A stretch of 64,000 nucleotides of DNA from Octopus bimaculoides. Lineage: Eukaryota. Positions 1 through 12,205 of this stretch are shown piece by piece. Within the stretch, counting starts at the first letter, position 1, and each line of letters starts with the position of its first letter. The notes beneath the pieces are model-generated. The model saw nothing but the letters and a program-made list of their open reading frames with translations. It had not been told where the DNA came from and did no database searches. The position numbers and the translations under genes were made by a program. The DNA is taken from positions 62,156,413-62,220,412 of the forward strand of contig NC_068984.1 in NCBI RefSeq assembly GCF_001194135.2, read 5' to 3'.

Positions 1-1273
1 TATACATTGCATCTCTTGTAATTGTAATTTTTGTTATCTAAACAGGCAATTAAATTAATAATTTCAAACTCATGAAGAAAATCATTTTCAGAATTTCAGT
101 AAATTTGGTCTCAGTTTAAAATCAAACAATGTTACATGAAACGTGTCATTCCAAAATCTAGATAGGAACTTAATATTCTTTCTCATTTTTGTTTTCAGTT
201 TCAGCCGCGGAAATTTTCTAGAGTTTTAGAAAATTTCCAGTTGTAATGATATAATGAAGATGTCATGTTAGACTTTAAAATTGTTACCTGAAACATAATT
301 CTCTCTTAACATGATATTTGGACATATTTTCTTTTACCAAACAAGATGTTATACAGAAAGTACAACAATTTCGAACAAGTTTAAACCTTAGCTACAACAA
401 AATTCACGCAATGCATTTCTTTGAAAATATTTTGTCGCTACTGCCATAATATGTTTGAATATTTCTTTAAAAATTATAATGCGCTATTTGTTTGTTTTTT
501 TCTTTTTGACTACACTGGAACTTATGGCTTGAATTTAACTGACATACTTTTCATGCTATGCAGGTGAGAAGATGTTGATTTTATCATTGATCTATTCCAC
601 TCCGCGCTTTGGTTGGCTGCAATAAAATGCAGCCAAAAACATTTCTACTTCAGTAGGTATTACAAGCTACGCATCTTCCACGGGGTCATTTTGGAATAAT
701 GAATGGTACATATGTAAACTTTTGATAGGGAAATGCATAAATAGATTAGTTAATTTAAATAGTAGGCCGGTTTTCGAGAATAAACAAGTATAACATATAT
801 AGACATTACCGACATTCCCCCCATCAAAAAATAGAACCGCATGAACATTCAGAACCGAAGCATAGAGGGTTCCAGTATAGTGTAACCGCTTTCAATGTGT
901 CTGTTTTCGAAAGTGTTTCAGAGTTATTACACCAAAATGAAACAGGGTCGGCATGTGAAGTTAACATATAAAGATCTTAGCGTGAGAATAAATTCAAAAT
1001 CAAAAAGTATGTTATTCAATTCAAAAACATCAAATTATATATATAAAAAAAATATGGGCATGGTAGGATGGCTTTTACCTCAAAACTATTTACAAAAAAA
1101 TTAGCATCATTTTAGTCGAGTAGAATGAACAGGCAGAGGACAAGAAATGTACCGAATCTGAAAAAGTAACTGTTCCATTGATGAAGGCCAACCAAATAAA
1201 GCATTTATATAGACTAAATAAAGCATTTAAGTAGTCTAGCAGTGTAATTCAGCATATTTGAAAACACTATACA

Positions 1274-1447
1274 TTGGTTTCAAATTTTGGAATAAGGCCT
1301 GTTATTTCGAAGGTGGGGGATAAATTGATTACATCTAAGATGAAAGGCAAAGTCAACCACGCCGAAATTTGAACTCAGGGCGTAGACAGACGAAATGCAG
1401 CTAAGCATTTTTCCTGGCGGGCTAACGATCCTGCCAGCTCGGCGCTT
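1274..1447 (-). mobile_element. tRNA-derived SINE, family A (tail ...ccaaaatttgaaacca)
   Basis: Reverse complement matches the copies at 1559 and 6751: head gcgccgagctggcaggatcgttagc, B-box-like gagttcaaatt, central gttgactttgcctttcatc, tail ccaaaatttgaaaccaa. Confidence 0.85.
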
Positions 1448-1558
1448 TAAGAATAAAATGAGATGCTTACAGCCCCACAGTTTCCCAAAAGGTCAGCCAT
1501 CCAAGTTCTAACTTGGCTCGATGTTGCATACTATATTAATATTTTAAATACAGAGCAA

Positions 1559-1759
1559 GACGGCGAGCTAGCAGAATCGTTACTGAGGGCGGAAAAATGC
1601 TTAGCGACATTCTTCTGACTTTACCTTCTGTGTCCAAATTCAGCCAGTGTCTCATTCTTTCAGGGTCGTTATGATAAGTACCAGTTGAACACTGGGATCG
1701 TTGTTATCGACATATACCTTCTCCGAATTTCCTTACATTATGCCAAAATTTGAAACCAG
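1559..1759 (+). mobile_element. tRNA-derived SINE, family A
   Basis: cggcgagctagcagaatcgtta head, ctttcagggtcgttatgataagtaccagt central block, ccaaaatttgaaacca tail. Confidence 0.85.
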
Positions 1760-1778
1760 TATATAAGCTCAAAAGAAA

Positions 1779-2004
1779 GGCAGTGAGGTGGTAGTATCGT
1801 TACAGTGTCGGGCAAACTGCAGAATCGTTACAATGTCTGGCGTTCTGTTCATCTTTACGTTCTGCGTGGAAATTTAGCCGAGGTTGACTTGGCTACTCGT
1901 CTTTTCAGGATAGATTAAATAAGTACTATTTTAGCTCCTAAGTCATTGCTATTGACTAGCTCCTCCCCTAAAATTTCAGGCCTTTTGCTTATAGTAGAAA
2001 GGAT
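1779..2004 (+). mobile_element. tRNA-derived SINE, family A, diverged (tail ...gtagaaaggat)
   Basis: ggcagtgaggtggtagtatcgtta head, gccgaggttgacttgg central block, aataagtact, tail cctaaaatttcaggccttttgcttatagtagaaagg. Confidence 0.75.
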
Positions 2005-3529
2005 GTTAAACACAGGGAAAGAATTTCAAAATGTTTTTTTAACAACCTGCCATTTAATTAAAACTCTACTTTTAGATATAACATTTCATTTTCATTTCAG
2101 CTATCTATCTATTCATAAGCATCTCTATTTGCATGTGTTGGTATATCTCTAGGCTCACATATCTATCTATCTATCTATCTATCTATCTCTCTTTCTAATT
2201 AACCCATATCTACTCTCCCTGCTGTCGGTGTATGTATCCGTGTACTCTCACAATACTGATAAGCATTTAAATAAAAAATAATGAATAGTGGCGGTGTCTC
2301 AGTATGATGCCAGCCTTTGGTCCGAAACACGTAAAAGTTAAAAGCTGTTTGCTCTGGGTGTTACAAATTAAATTCACTATCTATGGATTTATCTTTTACT
2401 GCCTAAATTTATAGACCTACACAATATTGCTTCATTATGCTAAGCATACAACTTGTGCTTGCGATTTGTACATACAAGTGCAAAATAATATAGGACCTAT
2501 ACGCACCGCTATCTCTCTCGATTTCTCTACTTTTTCTCTTTATATTTTTTCACTGATTTTACTATTTCAGTTTCTCCTCTTTTCTCCCTTAGCTCTCTCT
2601 TTCTCCATGTATATTTTCGCCCTTTGAGTTATTACCTCTATTCGTATAACACAGACTAAACAGTCCGGTCGCAGGAACAAGCAGAATAATACAACTAAGC
2701 AGTACAACTGGAAAATAGTTGCAATGTTTATTACAGATATACAGGGAATCGGTTTGGTGCGTAGTGTGAATAATACAGTTAGAACTTGTCAGAGTGCTTC
2801 TTTGAAAATCCAGCCTTCAGAGAGTGAGTGTGATTCTAAACTATCAAATTCCAAGAGGTGTGTATTATTGAGCCCAGTTATCTATTTCGGGAAAACAAAG
2901 AATAATAGCAATAAAACATTTTCCCAAATACAACTGGATTTATTCGGCTAAATAAAACAAGATAAAAGAAATAATCAATATCACACAGAATTCCCTTGTA
3001 GCTCTTAATATGGTATCGTACTCGAAGTGGATTAAGATTAATAAAATATTACTATATCTCAGTAAGGAAATGAGTCTGCTGGGACGTGAATTGCTTGTGA
3101 TGAGTCTGTCTTCAAGAATAATGTCAAAATATTTATACGTATTTTATTAGCAAGTGTCTAATAATTTCTTGTTTCAAAAGCATTACAACACCGCCAATTA
3201 CCTCGAAGGCCTACGAAAACTTGTGAACATGCCACTATAAAGCAGTGTGGATGAGTGCAACGGCACTGGTAAGGTTTTAATTGATCATCAGGTCACTTGA
3301 CATATTTAAACATAAAGCTGGACATACTGAGATGCCGAACAATTGTAGATTTAGCAAAGAAATGAACGGGGGGATCATTAATTAATTGGGTAAAAAGTTA
3401 AGCCTATGAACATAAAATAGTTGTTTAAGGCTTGTATTTTCCATTGCCGAATTGTCCTAGTAGAAAATAAAGTAGTGATCATAATCAATGATTAAGTGTT
3501 GAGTGATAAGTGAAGTAATGTATCTAATG

Positions 3530-4450
3530 GGCGTGCGTTCAAAGCTTGATCTAGTCAAGCATGATAACGCTAGTTCAAGCCGCATGAGTGAGCGACATAA
3601 AATGAGAAGATAACTGTTGCGAGAAAATCAGTGTTATGAATACCTGAATGAAGACAGTTCATTTCCATGAACCAAATAAAATGTTCAGTTCGAATTTCTT
3701 TAAACTATTACCAATTAGAAGAGACACCAAAACAAGCCCGGGTTGTACGATGTACAAAATATTGTATCTGTAACACACCTTATATGACAAAATTAATGGG
3801 AATATGAAAAAAGCACATTTCACAAAATCACATTACACTACTTCGGAAGGATTCAATGTTTGTTAAATTTTAAGCATGGTAACGTACCTAAATCCTACAA
3901 GGCTGAGAAACTATATACCAAAATTGAAATCAGTGAGAATCTAACACGAAAATGTTACAGAAAACGTTAGTTTGCATCATGTTTTAAAATAAAATACTCG
4001 TCATTACTTAGCTTCTGTAACTTCCTAGTCTATATTCCAATGATTTTGCTCTATTTGACATATCAAATCAAAGAAATATGGGTGAAGCATCGTAATCGTA
4101 TAGGAAATTCAAACAGAATCGTAGGTAGCATGGTATTATCTTCAAGTAGGGGAACCCCCTCAAGTCTTTTGAGGATTGGAAGAAAAAACTGGTTTACACC
4201 AGAGTGGTGTACATTAAGGACGCATTTAGAATTATATGGTATTTGCCTCCAAACAAATAATATTCGAATTACATTATTCACTTGATCAGTCATCTTATTT
4301 ATTTAGGCTTGCTTGTAGAACTTTTGGATACCACTTCGAATATTCCAGCTGGCCTAATGGCACATTGGATGATAAACAACGTAAACATTTTTTTTTTATG
4401 TCACAGAAAGGACAAACATTTTTTGAGAATGTGTTTCTTTAAATAATTTT
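3530..4450 (+). pseudogene. Possible highly decayed pogo/Tigger-like DDE transposase remnant
   Basis: Frameshifted fragments KLDLVKHDN (CENP-B-like N-terminus), LLNFKHG and IIWYLPPN...SLDQ, resembling the pogo LPPNxTxxxQPLDQ motif. Many stops; no TIRs identified. Confidence 0.3.
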
Positions 4451-5673
4451 CGTAGCAACAATACTTTACGAAGAACTTCAGAATGCACAGATTTGCATTT
4501 ATAAGCTCACAAATGTTTATAATAAAGAAACGAAGCAAATGACAGCTGTATGACAGCATAGTTGTCAAAAATTGTGTTACACTAGATTAACGTAATAAGT
4601 CTAAAGCTAAACATTCAAAACAAAGGTAATACATATATAAGTGAAACCTATTTAAACATATACATAAATAAAAAAAATACCTGAATTACATATAAGAACA
4701 TCAAGATAGAGAATGAAAAGCAGAAAAATTAAGTGACAGACAAATAAAATATACGTGTTAGATTTTATGTTAATATACCTAAATTCTGTTATAATATTCG
4801 CATTCAAAATACTCTTATTTCCTCCTCTGATTCAGTTTCTTAAGGGAAAAAATCGATTTGAGAATCAAAACCAAGGAAGTTTAATATGTTAGAAAATAGT
4901 CTACTACGCCTGTGTTAATTTCTAAGTTTTTACTGTTGTATGCATATCTTGTTACACAGACAGAGGCATATACTGATCAAACACACACACACACGCATAC
5001 AGATGAAGCGAGTGAGACGGAGAGGGAATATAAGGCAGTTTATATACACATACATCAGATTTAACGCCGGCAAGGGTTTCTATAATTATTTACATTGACA
5101 TTAGTGGCTTGTAGAGATAATTTTCAAATCGCTGGTATACTTTCTGCTTTTGTGGCGTTTTGATTGTTATTTTTCGTACTCAGTCAGCAGTTAAATAAAC
5201 TGAGTTCCTCAATAATTACGGGGTTCACACTTATAATTCCGTTGAAATCTGTATCCCTTACCATTAGGACTGTGTATATTTGTACAGCACAATATATTTC
5301 CTCATTATCGGATATGCATGTGATTAAACTCGAGCTCTAATTTCCGTGAATGTATCTTCAATTTGTATTGAATACATTATTTGCCATGTGTAGGTGAAAA
5401 TACGAAGGCATTTTGGGGGAGCTGTTTATGATATCGTCCAAACTTTAGACCCGAAATCTGTTTAGAACGCAATGGTCAATGCTATGTCAGTTGCCACACT
5501 TGTCTATTTATGCGTCAAATAATTAGTTGCTGTTTTTCAAGTAATCCAGTTCCTGTATTACAAGAGTATATCCTTCAAAGACGTAGCACACACACACACA
5601 CACATACACACACACACACTCACTCAGTCGCTCACTCACTCACACACCAAAAAACACACGTACGTGTGTATGT

Positions 5674-5712
<39 letters not shown>

Positions 5713-6507
5713 NNNNNNNNNNNNNNNNNNNNNNNNNNNNNNNNNNNNNNNNNNNNNNNNNNNNNNNNNNNNNNNNNNNNNNNNNNNNNNNNNNNNNNNN
5801 NNNNNNNNNNNNNNNNNNNNNNNNNNNNNNNNNNNNNNNNNNNNNNNNNNNNNNNNNNNNNNNNNNNNNNNNNNNNNNNNNNNNNNNNNNNNNNNNNNNN
5901 NNNNNNNNNNNNNNNNNNNNNNNNNNNNNNNNNNNNNNNNNNNNNNNNNNNNNNNNNNNNNNNNNNNNNNNNNNNNNNNNNNNNNNNNNNNNNNNNNNNN
6001 NNNNNNNNNATATATAATAAATGATTTTACAAATATTTCATAGACAATTTATTCATTGTTGAATTAAAAATGCACAACTCATTTGCTGAAGCTACCAATA
6101 TTACTTGATACAATTCATGTAAAAGCATAAATTATATTTTTTAAAGTCTAATCACGTTGCTTGAATGATAGTTTCTTTTTTTTTTTTCTGTGTACACCAT
6201 TGGTATTAAAAAAAAAATTGATAGCCTCTAAAATACTGTTTCTTTCATGGCCCTATCAACAGACAGTTCTATTGTATAAACATATAACTGTAAGATTTAT
6301 CTGAAACACAACTACCTACATCGGTATAATATATTTGAGAAGAGTGGTATAGAATTTGTAAAAAAGAAAATTTGACAGATGATAGATGTTTGAATGTAAA
6401 AATAAATTTAAAGAAATATATTAATCACTTTAGCAGTATGTCGTAAACCAGCAGCATAGCAGTAGCAGGAGCAGCAAGTGAAGTAGCCACAACAGTTTCT
6501 TCTTCTT

Positions 6508-6574
<67 letters not shown>

Positions 6575-6750
6575 TGTTGTCTTATATTTATCACATGATT
6601 TCACTGCACTACGGAGCGTAGCTCTGTGCCTTGTATATGTGCTGTGGTTTGTTGCGACGCTCTTATTTTTACTGTATCGAAAGTGTTTTACGTAGGATTA
6701 TGCGGTGCCTAGTAGTGCTATTTTGTGTATGTTATATTTACTTGTTAGAA

Positions 6751-7370
6751 GGCGGCAAGCTGGCAGAAACGTTAGCACACCGGGCGGAATGCTTAGCGAT
6801 ATTTCGTCTGCTGTTACGCTCTGAGTTCAAATTCAGCCTAGGTCGACTTTATCTTTCATCCTTTCAGGGTCGATTAAATAAGTACCAGTTACGCACTGGG
6901 GTCGATATAATCGACTTAATCCGTTTGTCTGTCCTTGTGTAGCCTTTTGCGGGCAGTAAATAAATAAGAAACGTTAGCACAATGGGCGAAATGCTGAGCG
7001 GTATTTTGTCTGCCGTTACGTTCTGAGTTCAAATTCCGCCGAGGTCGACTTTGCCTTTCCTCCTTTCGGGGTCAATAAATTAAGTACCAGTTACGCACTG
7101 GGTTCGTTGTAATCGACTTAATTCCTATGCCTGTCCTTGTTTGTCCCCTCTATGTTTAGCCCCTCGTGGGCAATAAAGAAATAAGAAACGTTAGCACGCC
7201 GGGCGAAATGCTTAATAGGATTACGTCTGTCTTTACGTTTTGAGTTCAAATTCCACCGAAATCAACTTTGCCTTTCATCCTTTCGGAGTTGATAAGTTGC
7301 GTACTGTGGCTGATCTAATCGACTGGCCCCGTCCCCCAAAATTTCGGACCTTGTGCGTAGAGTAGAAAAG
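6751..7370 (+). mobile_element. Head-to-tail trimer of family A SINEs (6751-6968, 6969-7185, 7186-7370)
   Basis: Three consecutive copies of aaacgttagcac...gagttcaaatt...(g/a)tc(g/a)actt..ctttc.tcctttc. Only the first has the 5' ggcggcaagctggcag. Confidence 0.92.
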
Positions 7371-7384
7371 TATATATACTTGTT

Positions 7385-9362
7385 AGTCCTGGTGTTTTTT
7401 GTTATGTATTTGTCTGAACATTTTTTATTGTACCTAATGCGCCTACCATGATAGGATTTGCATCTGTTTTTGACTCCACAATCGAGTTACTTATATTTCC
7501 AGATGTTTGTATCATGAAAGTCCCTCCGTTTATTTTAGAGACACATTGTCATCTGTTGGTATTGGTACATTGATTAGAAAGCATTTTTTCTTGGTCATCT
7601 CAGACAACAATACCCGGCCAATTGGCTTTAATTTCTCTACCCGTGTGTATTGGCATATCCCATGATATTGTTGCTTTCTCATTTTCTGTGACCTTTTCTG
7701 GCGTATGCTTATACCATCTTTTTTTCTGCTGCTATTCCTAAGTATTGACATAGCTTCTAGTGTATATAGGCCCGAACCCAGTCTTAGCCAGGACTGGGAA
7801 GCTAGAGACAATATGATTTATTGTTTCTTCTCCATCATCACATATCTGCAGTTTCTTGGATTTATTTTCATTACATGGTTTTGGTAATTTCTGGTGGGAA
7901 GGCTTTGATATTGTGCTGCAATTAAAAATCTTTCAGCCTCTGCTTTGAGTCCGAGCTTCTCAGCCATTGTTGGTATTTTGCTTTGTCTATTTCTTTTCTG
8001 TTTAGTTAACCCAGTATTTGCCATGAAGGGGCTTTTCTTGCTTTCCTTTTATGATGATCCATTGCTGTTCCAGTTTTAGTGTCGATTTAAGATGTTTTAC
8101 AGTTTTCGTTGTTTCTTTATTCTTCTTCAAAATCATTCGGGACGATGACATCTTTTTTTGTATTTGTCAGGTTTCTTCAAGACTGAAAACAGTTTTTTCT
8201 TTTGTTCGTGTTTTGTTGCTATTTGTATTAATTTTCCTTGCCTCTGAAGTAAGTATTTCTGTAGTGCTATGGTGGTTATTTTGTAATAGTTCTTGTTGTA
8301 TAAGGTCTCTACCACCTTCGATACGTTTTATATATAAACTTTTTATGTCAGATTTTGGGTGGTGCATCCTAAATCCTGTCATCATTTCTCCTCTTTTCCT
8401 CTATATCTTATTAGTTCATTTAGTGTCTAGTTACGAATATTGTAGCTGTAACTTATAACAGAGACGGCTAGAATGTTTATACCTATTATCTTGTTTTTCG
8501 CATTGAGTTCTGTTTTCAGTATTAACCTAACTGTTCTATAGTAGTCTTTTCTTATTTTCTCTTTCATTTGTGCGTATTGTACCGTATATAGTTCATTGAT
8601 TCCTATGTCTGGATTTGGTCTAATTCTCTTATTTGATGTGTTATAGGTACTGTGATGTTGCTACTCTTAACTAGTTTTCTGTTTTTCAAGGTTACTTTGG
8701 CACATTTTTCTAAGCCATATTTCATCTTTATTTCTTTGGTAAATCCATATACTGCCTGAAGTAATGTTTCCAGCTTTTTATCATTTATAGCGTACAGTTT
8801 TAGATCATCAATATATAAGAGGTGGCTGATTGTTTTGCCGTAACAGTTGTGTCCACATCCAGTTGTTTAGCATGTCAGATAAAGGTTTCAGTGTAAAGCA
8901 GAAAAGAAGTCGAGAGAGCGTGTCTCCCTAGAATATTCTTCTTCTAATGGAGATGGCCTTGGTTTTTATGAGTCCCTCTTTTGTCTGGAGTTGTAGCACT
9001 GTCTGCCATTTATTCATGGAATGTTTTATATATTTTATAATTATTGGTTTTACTTTGTTCATGGCTAGTGTTTCTTGGATACATGTGTAAAGAATACTAG
9101 CAATGTGTTAGGAATACTAGCCTTTCGGTAATCGATCCAGGCCATACTTAGACCCTTCTTTCTGCAGCTGTCTTCAATTATGTATTTATTGATCAGTTGC
9201 TGATCTCTACAGGCGGATAAGCCCTTGCATAGTAATTTCTGCTCTTCTGGAAATAGGATGTTTTCTTTTTTTTTCCTTGGGTTGAATAATACGGGTATTA
9301 TTTAGTTCATTTTTTCATATTTTTTGCATGGTTGTTGGGGATAGAAATGGTCTAATATTGAA
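7385..9362 (-). mobile_element. Dong/R4-clade non-LTR retrotransposon, 5'-truncated and disrupted (RT, CCHC, restriction-like endonuclease)
   Basis: Minus-strand motifs AWIDYRKA, RRIF*GDTLS, HLLYIDDLKLYA, EGGRDLIQ, LKAEAERFLIAAQYQSLPTRNYQ, CFLINVPIPTDDNVSLK. Stops and frameshifts throughout. Confidence 0.92.
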
Positions 9363-9474
9363 GGGCGAGTGTGTTAACACGTGTGGCGGTGCGAGTGATG
9401 GAGATAATACACAGTTAAAATACATCATTTTATTTCAAAAATAGAAATAAATTTTAATAGGTATTACTTATTTA

Positions 9475-10470
9475 GGATCTGTGTGGTTATCGTCACTGTC
9501 TACACTTTTGTTCTAATTGTTTTCAAATTTCGTATATGGAGTAAGTTTTGTATACTAATTATGAAAATGAAATTTATTTTTCCTATATACTCATATTAAA
9601 AAAGTTATTAACCTTTAAAATTTGCAAAATGTGGGTATTTTAGCCAATCAGAAGCGAGTATTTTACACATTACCGTGTTAGCATATTAACCAAAGAAGCA
9701 CCACGTGTTCCATAGTAACCGAAGATGCTGCGCATAAGCACAAGGACTGTAACCACCAAATTGAGAGTACCTGGGTATCTTTAAAGCGTGCAAACAAATG
9801 CCGGTGTGGGACACACCGTTCTATGGTTGATTGTTATCGTGGTGAATTTATGTGGAGAATGAGATATGAGAAAGACAATTTATTTTATAAAATAAGATAA
9901 TTTATTTTCTAAAATTCTAGAGTGTATTGTACACTTTTGTTCGTTAGTATTTAAGTAATAAATGTCTGTTTTAAGCAACGTTTTGACTAGTATTTCTAGC
10001 AACTCCTGTTAGTTTGCTCGTAGATTTTAAGTATTTAATTTGCTCGTGAATGTTGTAATGTTTTTAATTGTTTTCCCTGTTTATTTTGCTCGTGTATTTT
10101 TCAATATTCTGACTGTCATTTCTAGCAACTCACGTTTGATTGCTTGTAGCTTTTAAATATTTAATTTGTTCGTGAATCTTTTAATGTTTTTCATTGTTTA
10201 TTGTAGCCAGTTTAATATTTTGACATGTCGATACCCCCGCTTCTTTCTTGCTGTTGTGACAGATGATGGAAGAGGCAGCGAACTCACTGTTTTCTGACTA
10301 GCTGACTATTCTGAAAATTATTAAAATTTTAACACCTGTAACATTTCTGCAAAGTTTTTTCTGAAATGACTGAATAACAAATTCGAATTCAGCGTCAAAA
10401 ATTACATCTATATAATACATTAACGATGTTTTTTTTTAAAGATTCGCAGTGACCTTAAGCACAAAGATCC
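9475..10470 (+). mobile_element. Merlin (IS1595/ISXO2-like) DNA transposon deletion derivative with ~24-bp TIRs
   Basis: Left TIR ggatctgtgtggttatcgtcactg (9475-9498) matches the reverse complement of 10447-10470 at 20/24. Internal 9739-9890 reads HQIESTWVSLKRANKCRCGTHRSMVDCYRGEFMWR, typical of the Merlin transposase C-terminus. Confidence 0.8.
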
Positions 10471-10785
10471 CTTACTAGGATATAGTCTAACACAGTGTGG
10501 CGAGCGTGTTTACATGTGTTGTGCGAGTGACGTAGACGTTACATAGTTAAAATACATCATTTCCTGCGGTGACAAGAACAAAGATGAACCAGGACAAGTC
10601 GGGGGGCCTGCAGCTCAGCAACTGGAAAGACAGGTCCATGCCAACCGGCGGCGTTGTAGGCACTGAACGGAAGGGACTGGTTAAATTGCTCTGTGGTTAT
10701 TTATTGTACACTCGATATTGTCCCAAACCCCATTTGTCCCTAGTGTTAGTTTTGTGTTCGGCACTTGTCACCAACAGAAAATTCA

Positions 10786-10786
10786 T

Positions 10787-10833
<47 letters not shown>

Positions 10834-10839
10834 GAAATA

Positions 10840-10873
<34 letters not shown>

Positions 10874-10910
10874 CAGCAAAAACAAGAAAAAAATCAATAA
10901 TAATAATAAT
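10786..10910. repeat. Compound trinucleotide microsatellite (TAC)n-(GAT)n-(AAT)n
   Basis: Directly visible. Confidence 0.95.
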
Positions 10911-11778
10911 TCATTGTTTTATTGGCCACAAGTCCTCATACAATATTACATTAAAAGACATAACATTAAAAACAGGACGAGACAATAAGTTTTACAACGT
11001 GTAAACAACATAAATAACGATTAATAATTAAGCAATTTAAAACTCCCAATAGGGGAGGCACTTTAAGGACCGTGGAAAAATCCACAAATGCCACGGGTAC
11101 CTGAACAACAAGACAAGAGACCTCTTTTGCTTACAGGTGCACGCTCAGAATTGGTCCTTTCACACTGGCCATTCTTCCAACATTCACCCACCTTTCAACA
11201 AACGTGCTACAAGGTAACACTTCCCTCTTCATCCTCGACTTCGTTTCCAAGTGAAACTTGAAAAAGTTGAGGGATTCGCCAAAGAGGAACGTGTCTGTGT
11301 TTAGCCTTTTCAAACGGGTCCTCCATACTACCTCTTTCGCTGCAGCCACTAGACAAATAAAAATTGCCTGCTCCTCACAGCCAAAAGAGTGTGGTGGGGC
11401 AATCTTCACAATGGATTCAGCTGATAGCCGGAACTGTCCCACACGTGACAGCAGGTGTTCGACATAAACCCACAAGTCAACAATGCTCGGGCACTGGACT
11501 AGGGCGTGTAGAACGGTTTCATCGTTCTAGGTTCACCTCAGACAGGCCCGGCTGCCGGTACGTCTATGCCTGTAAACTTTATCCCGAACAGCAGCGCCAC
11601 TTGTTAACACTGCCAGGCAAGGGATTTCTGGAAGATATTCATATGCCAATGCCCGAAGCTTCTCCGAAACAGTCTGGTTAGCTTATCTTCACCGACACCC
11701 AGAGTTTCCCCGAGAACGTCGTCGCATTTTCCTTCCACTAGTCCTCTATAGAACGCTAAAGTCGAACTACTACCGACC
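10890..11778 (-). mobile_element. L1/Tx1-clade LINE 3' fragment (zf-RVT region, C-terminus, 3'UTR)
   Basis: Minus strand FQKSLAWQC...RDKVYRH...DETVLHALVQCPSIVDLWVYVEH...AAAKEVVWRTRLK...FVERWVNVGRM, then a 3'UTR with AATAAA and an (ATT)n tail. Confidence 0.82.
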
Positions 11779-12205
11779 GCCGAATGTCCATGGTTGTCAC
11801 AGGAAAAATATAAAAACTGGAGAGATGACTAAGTTGTAAAAGTTTTACACAGGAAGTTTTGCCAGATATGGGGATTTGAAGCTGGAAACACATGGTATGA
11901 ACTCGAAAGAGTGCTGGAGCCGGAGAAATTTGAGATTTTGTGGGACTTTCCTATTCAAACAGATAAGAAGTTAGAAAATAATAGACTAGACAAAAAATAA
12001 TTGACAAGAAAAAGCGTAGTCGCTTTCCAATTGATCCATCATGTCCGTTTGATTCCAGGATCGTAAAGAAAGAAGACAAAAAAAAAATGCTATCCTTTAA
12101 ATTTGAAATGGCAAGGCAAGAATTTTGAATATGAAAACTGTAAAGGTTATGCCTATAATAATTGGTGCATTGGGAACTGTAAGCAAAGATATAGACAAAT
12201 GTTTG
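11779..12205 (+). mobile_element. Dong/R4 LINE fragment (end of CCHC plus RLE domain)
   Basis: AECPWLSQEKYKNWRDD*VVKVLHRKFC...ILWDFPIQTDKKLENNRLD...IDPSCPFD...VMPIIIGALGTVSKDI. Confidence 0.88.

Noticed and set aside
2296-2335. tatgatgccagcctttggtccGAAACACGTA, resembling a hammerhead 3' half
   Set aside because: The CUGANGA core and helix I are missing.
10569-10988. 139-aa ORF with poly-T/D/N runs
   Set aside because: Built largely from (TAC)n(GAT)n(AAT)n. The GC-rich start may be a LINE 3' scrap but could not be assigned.
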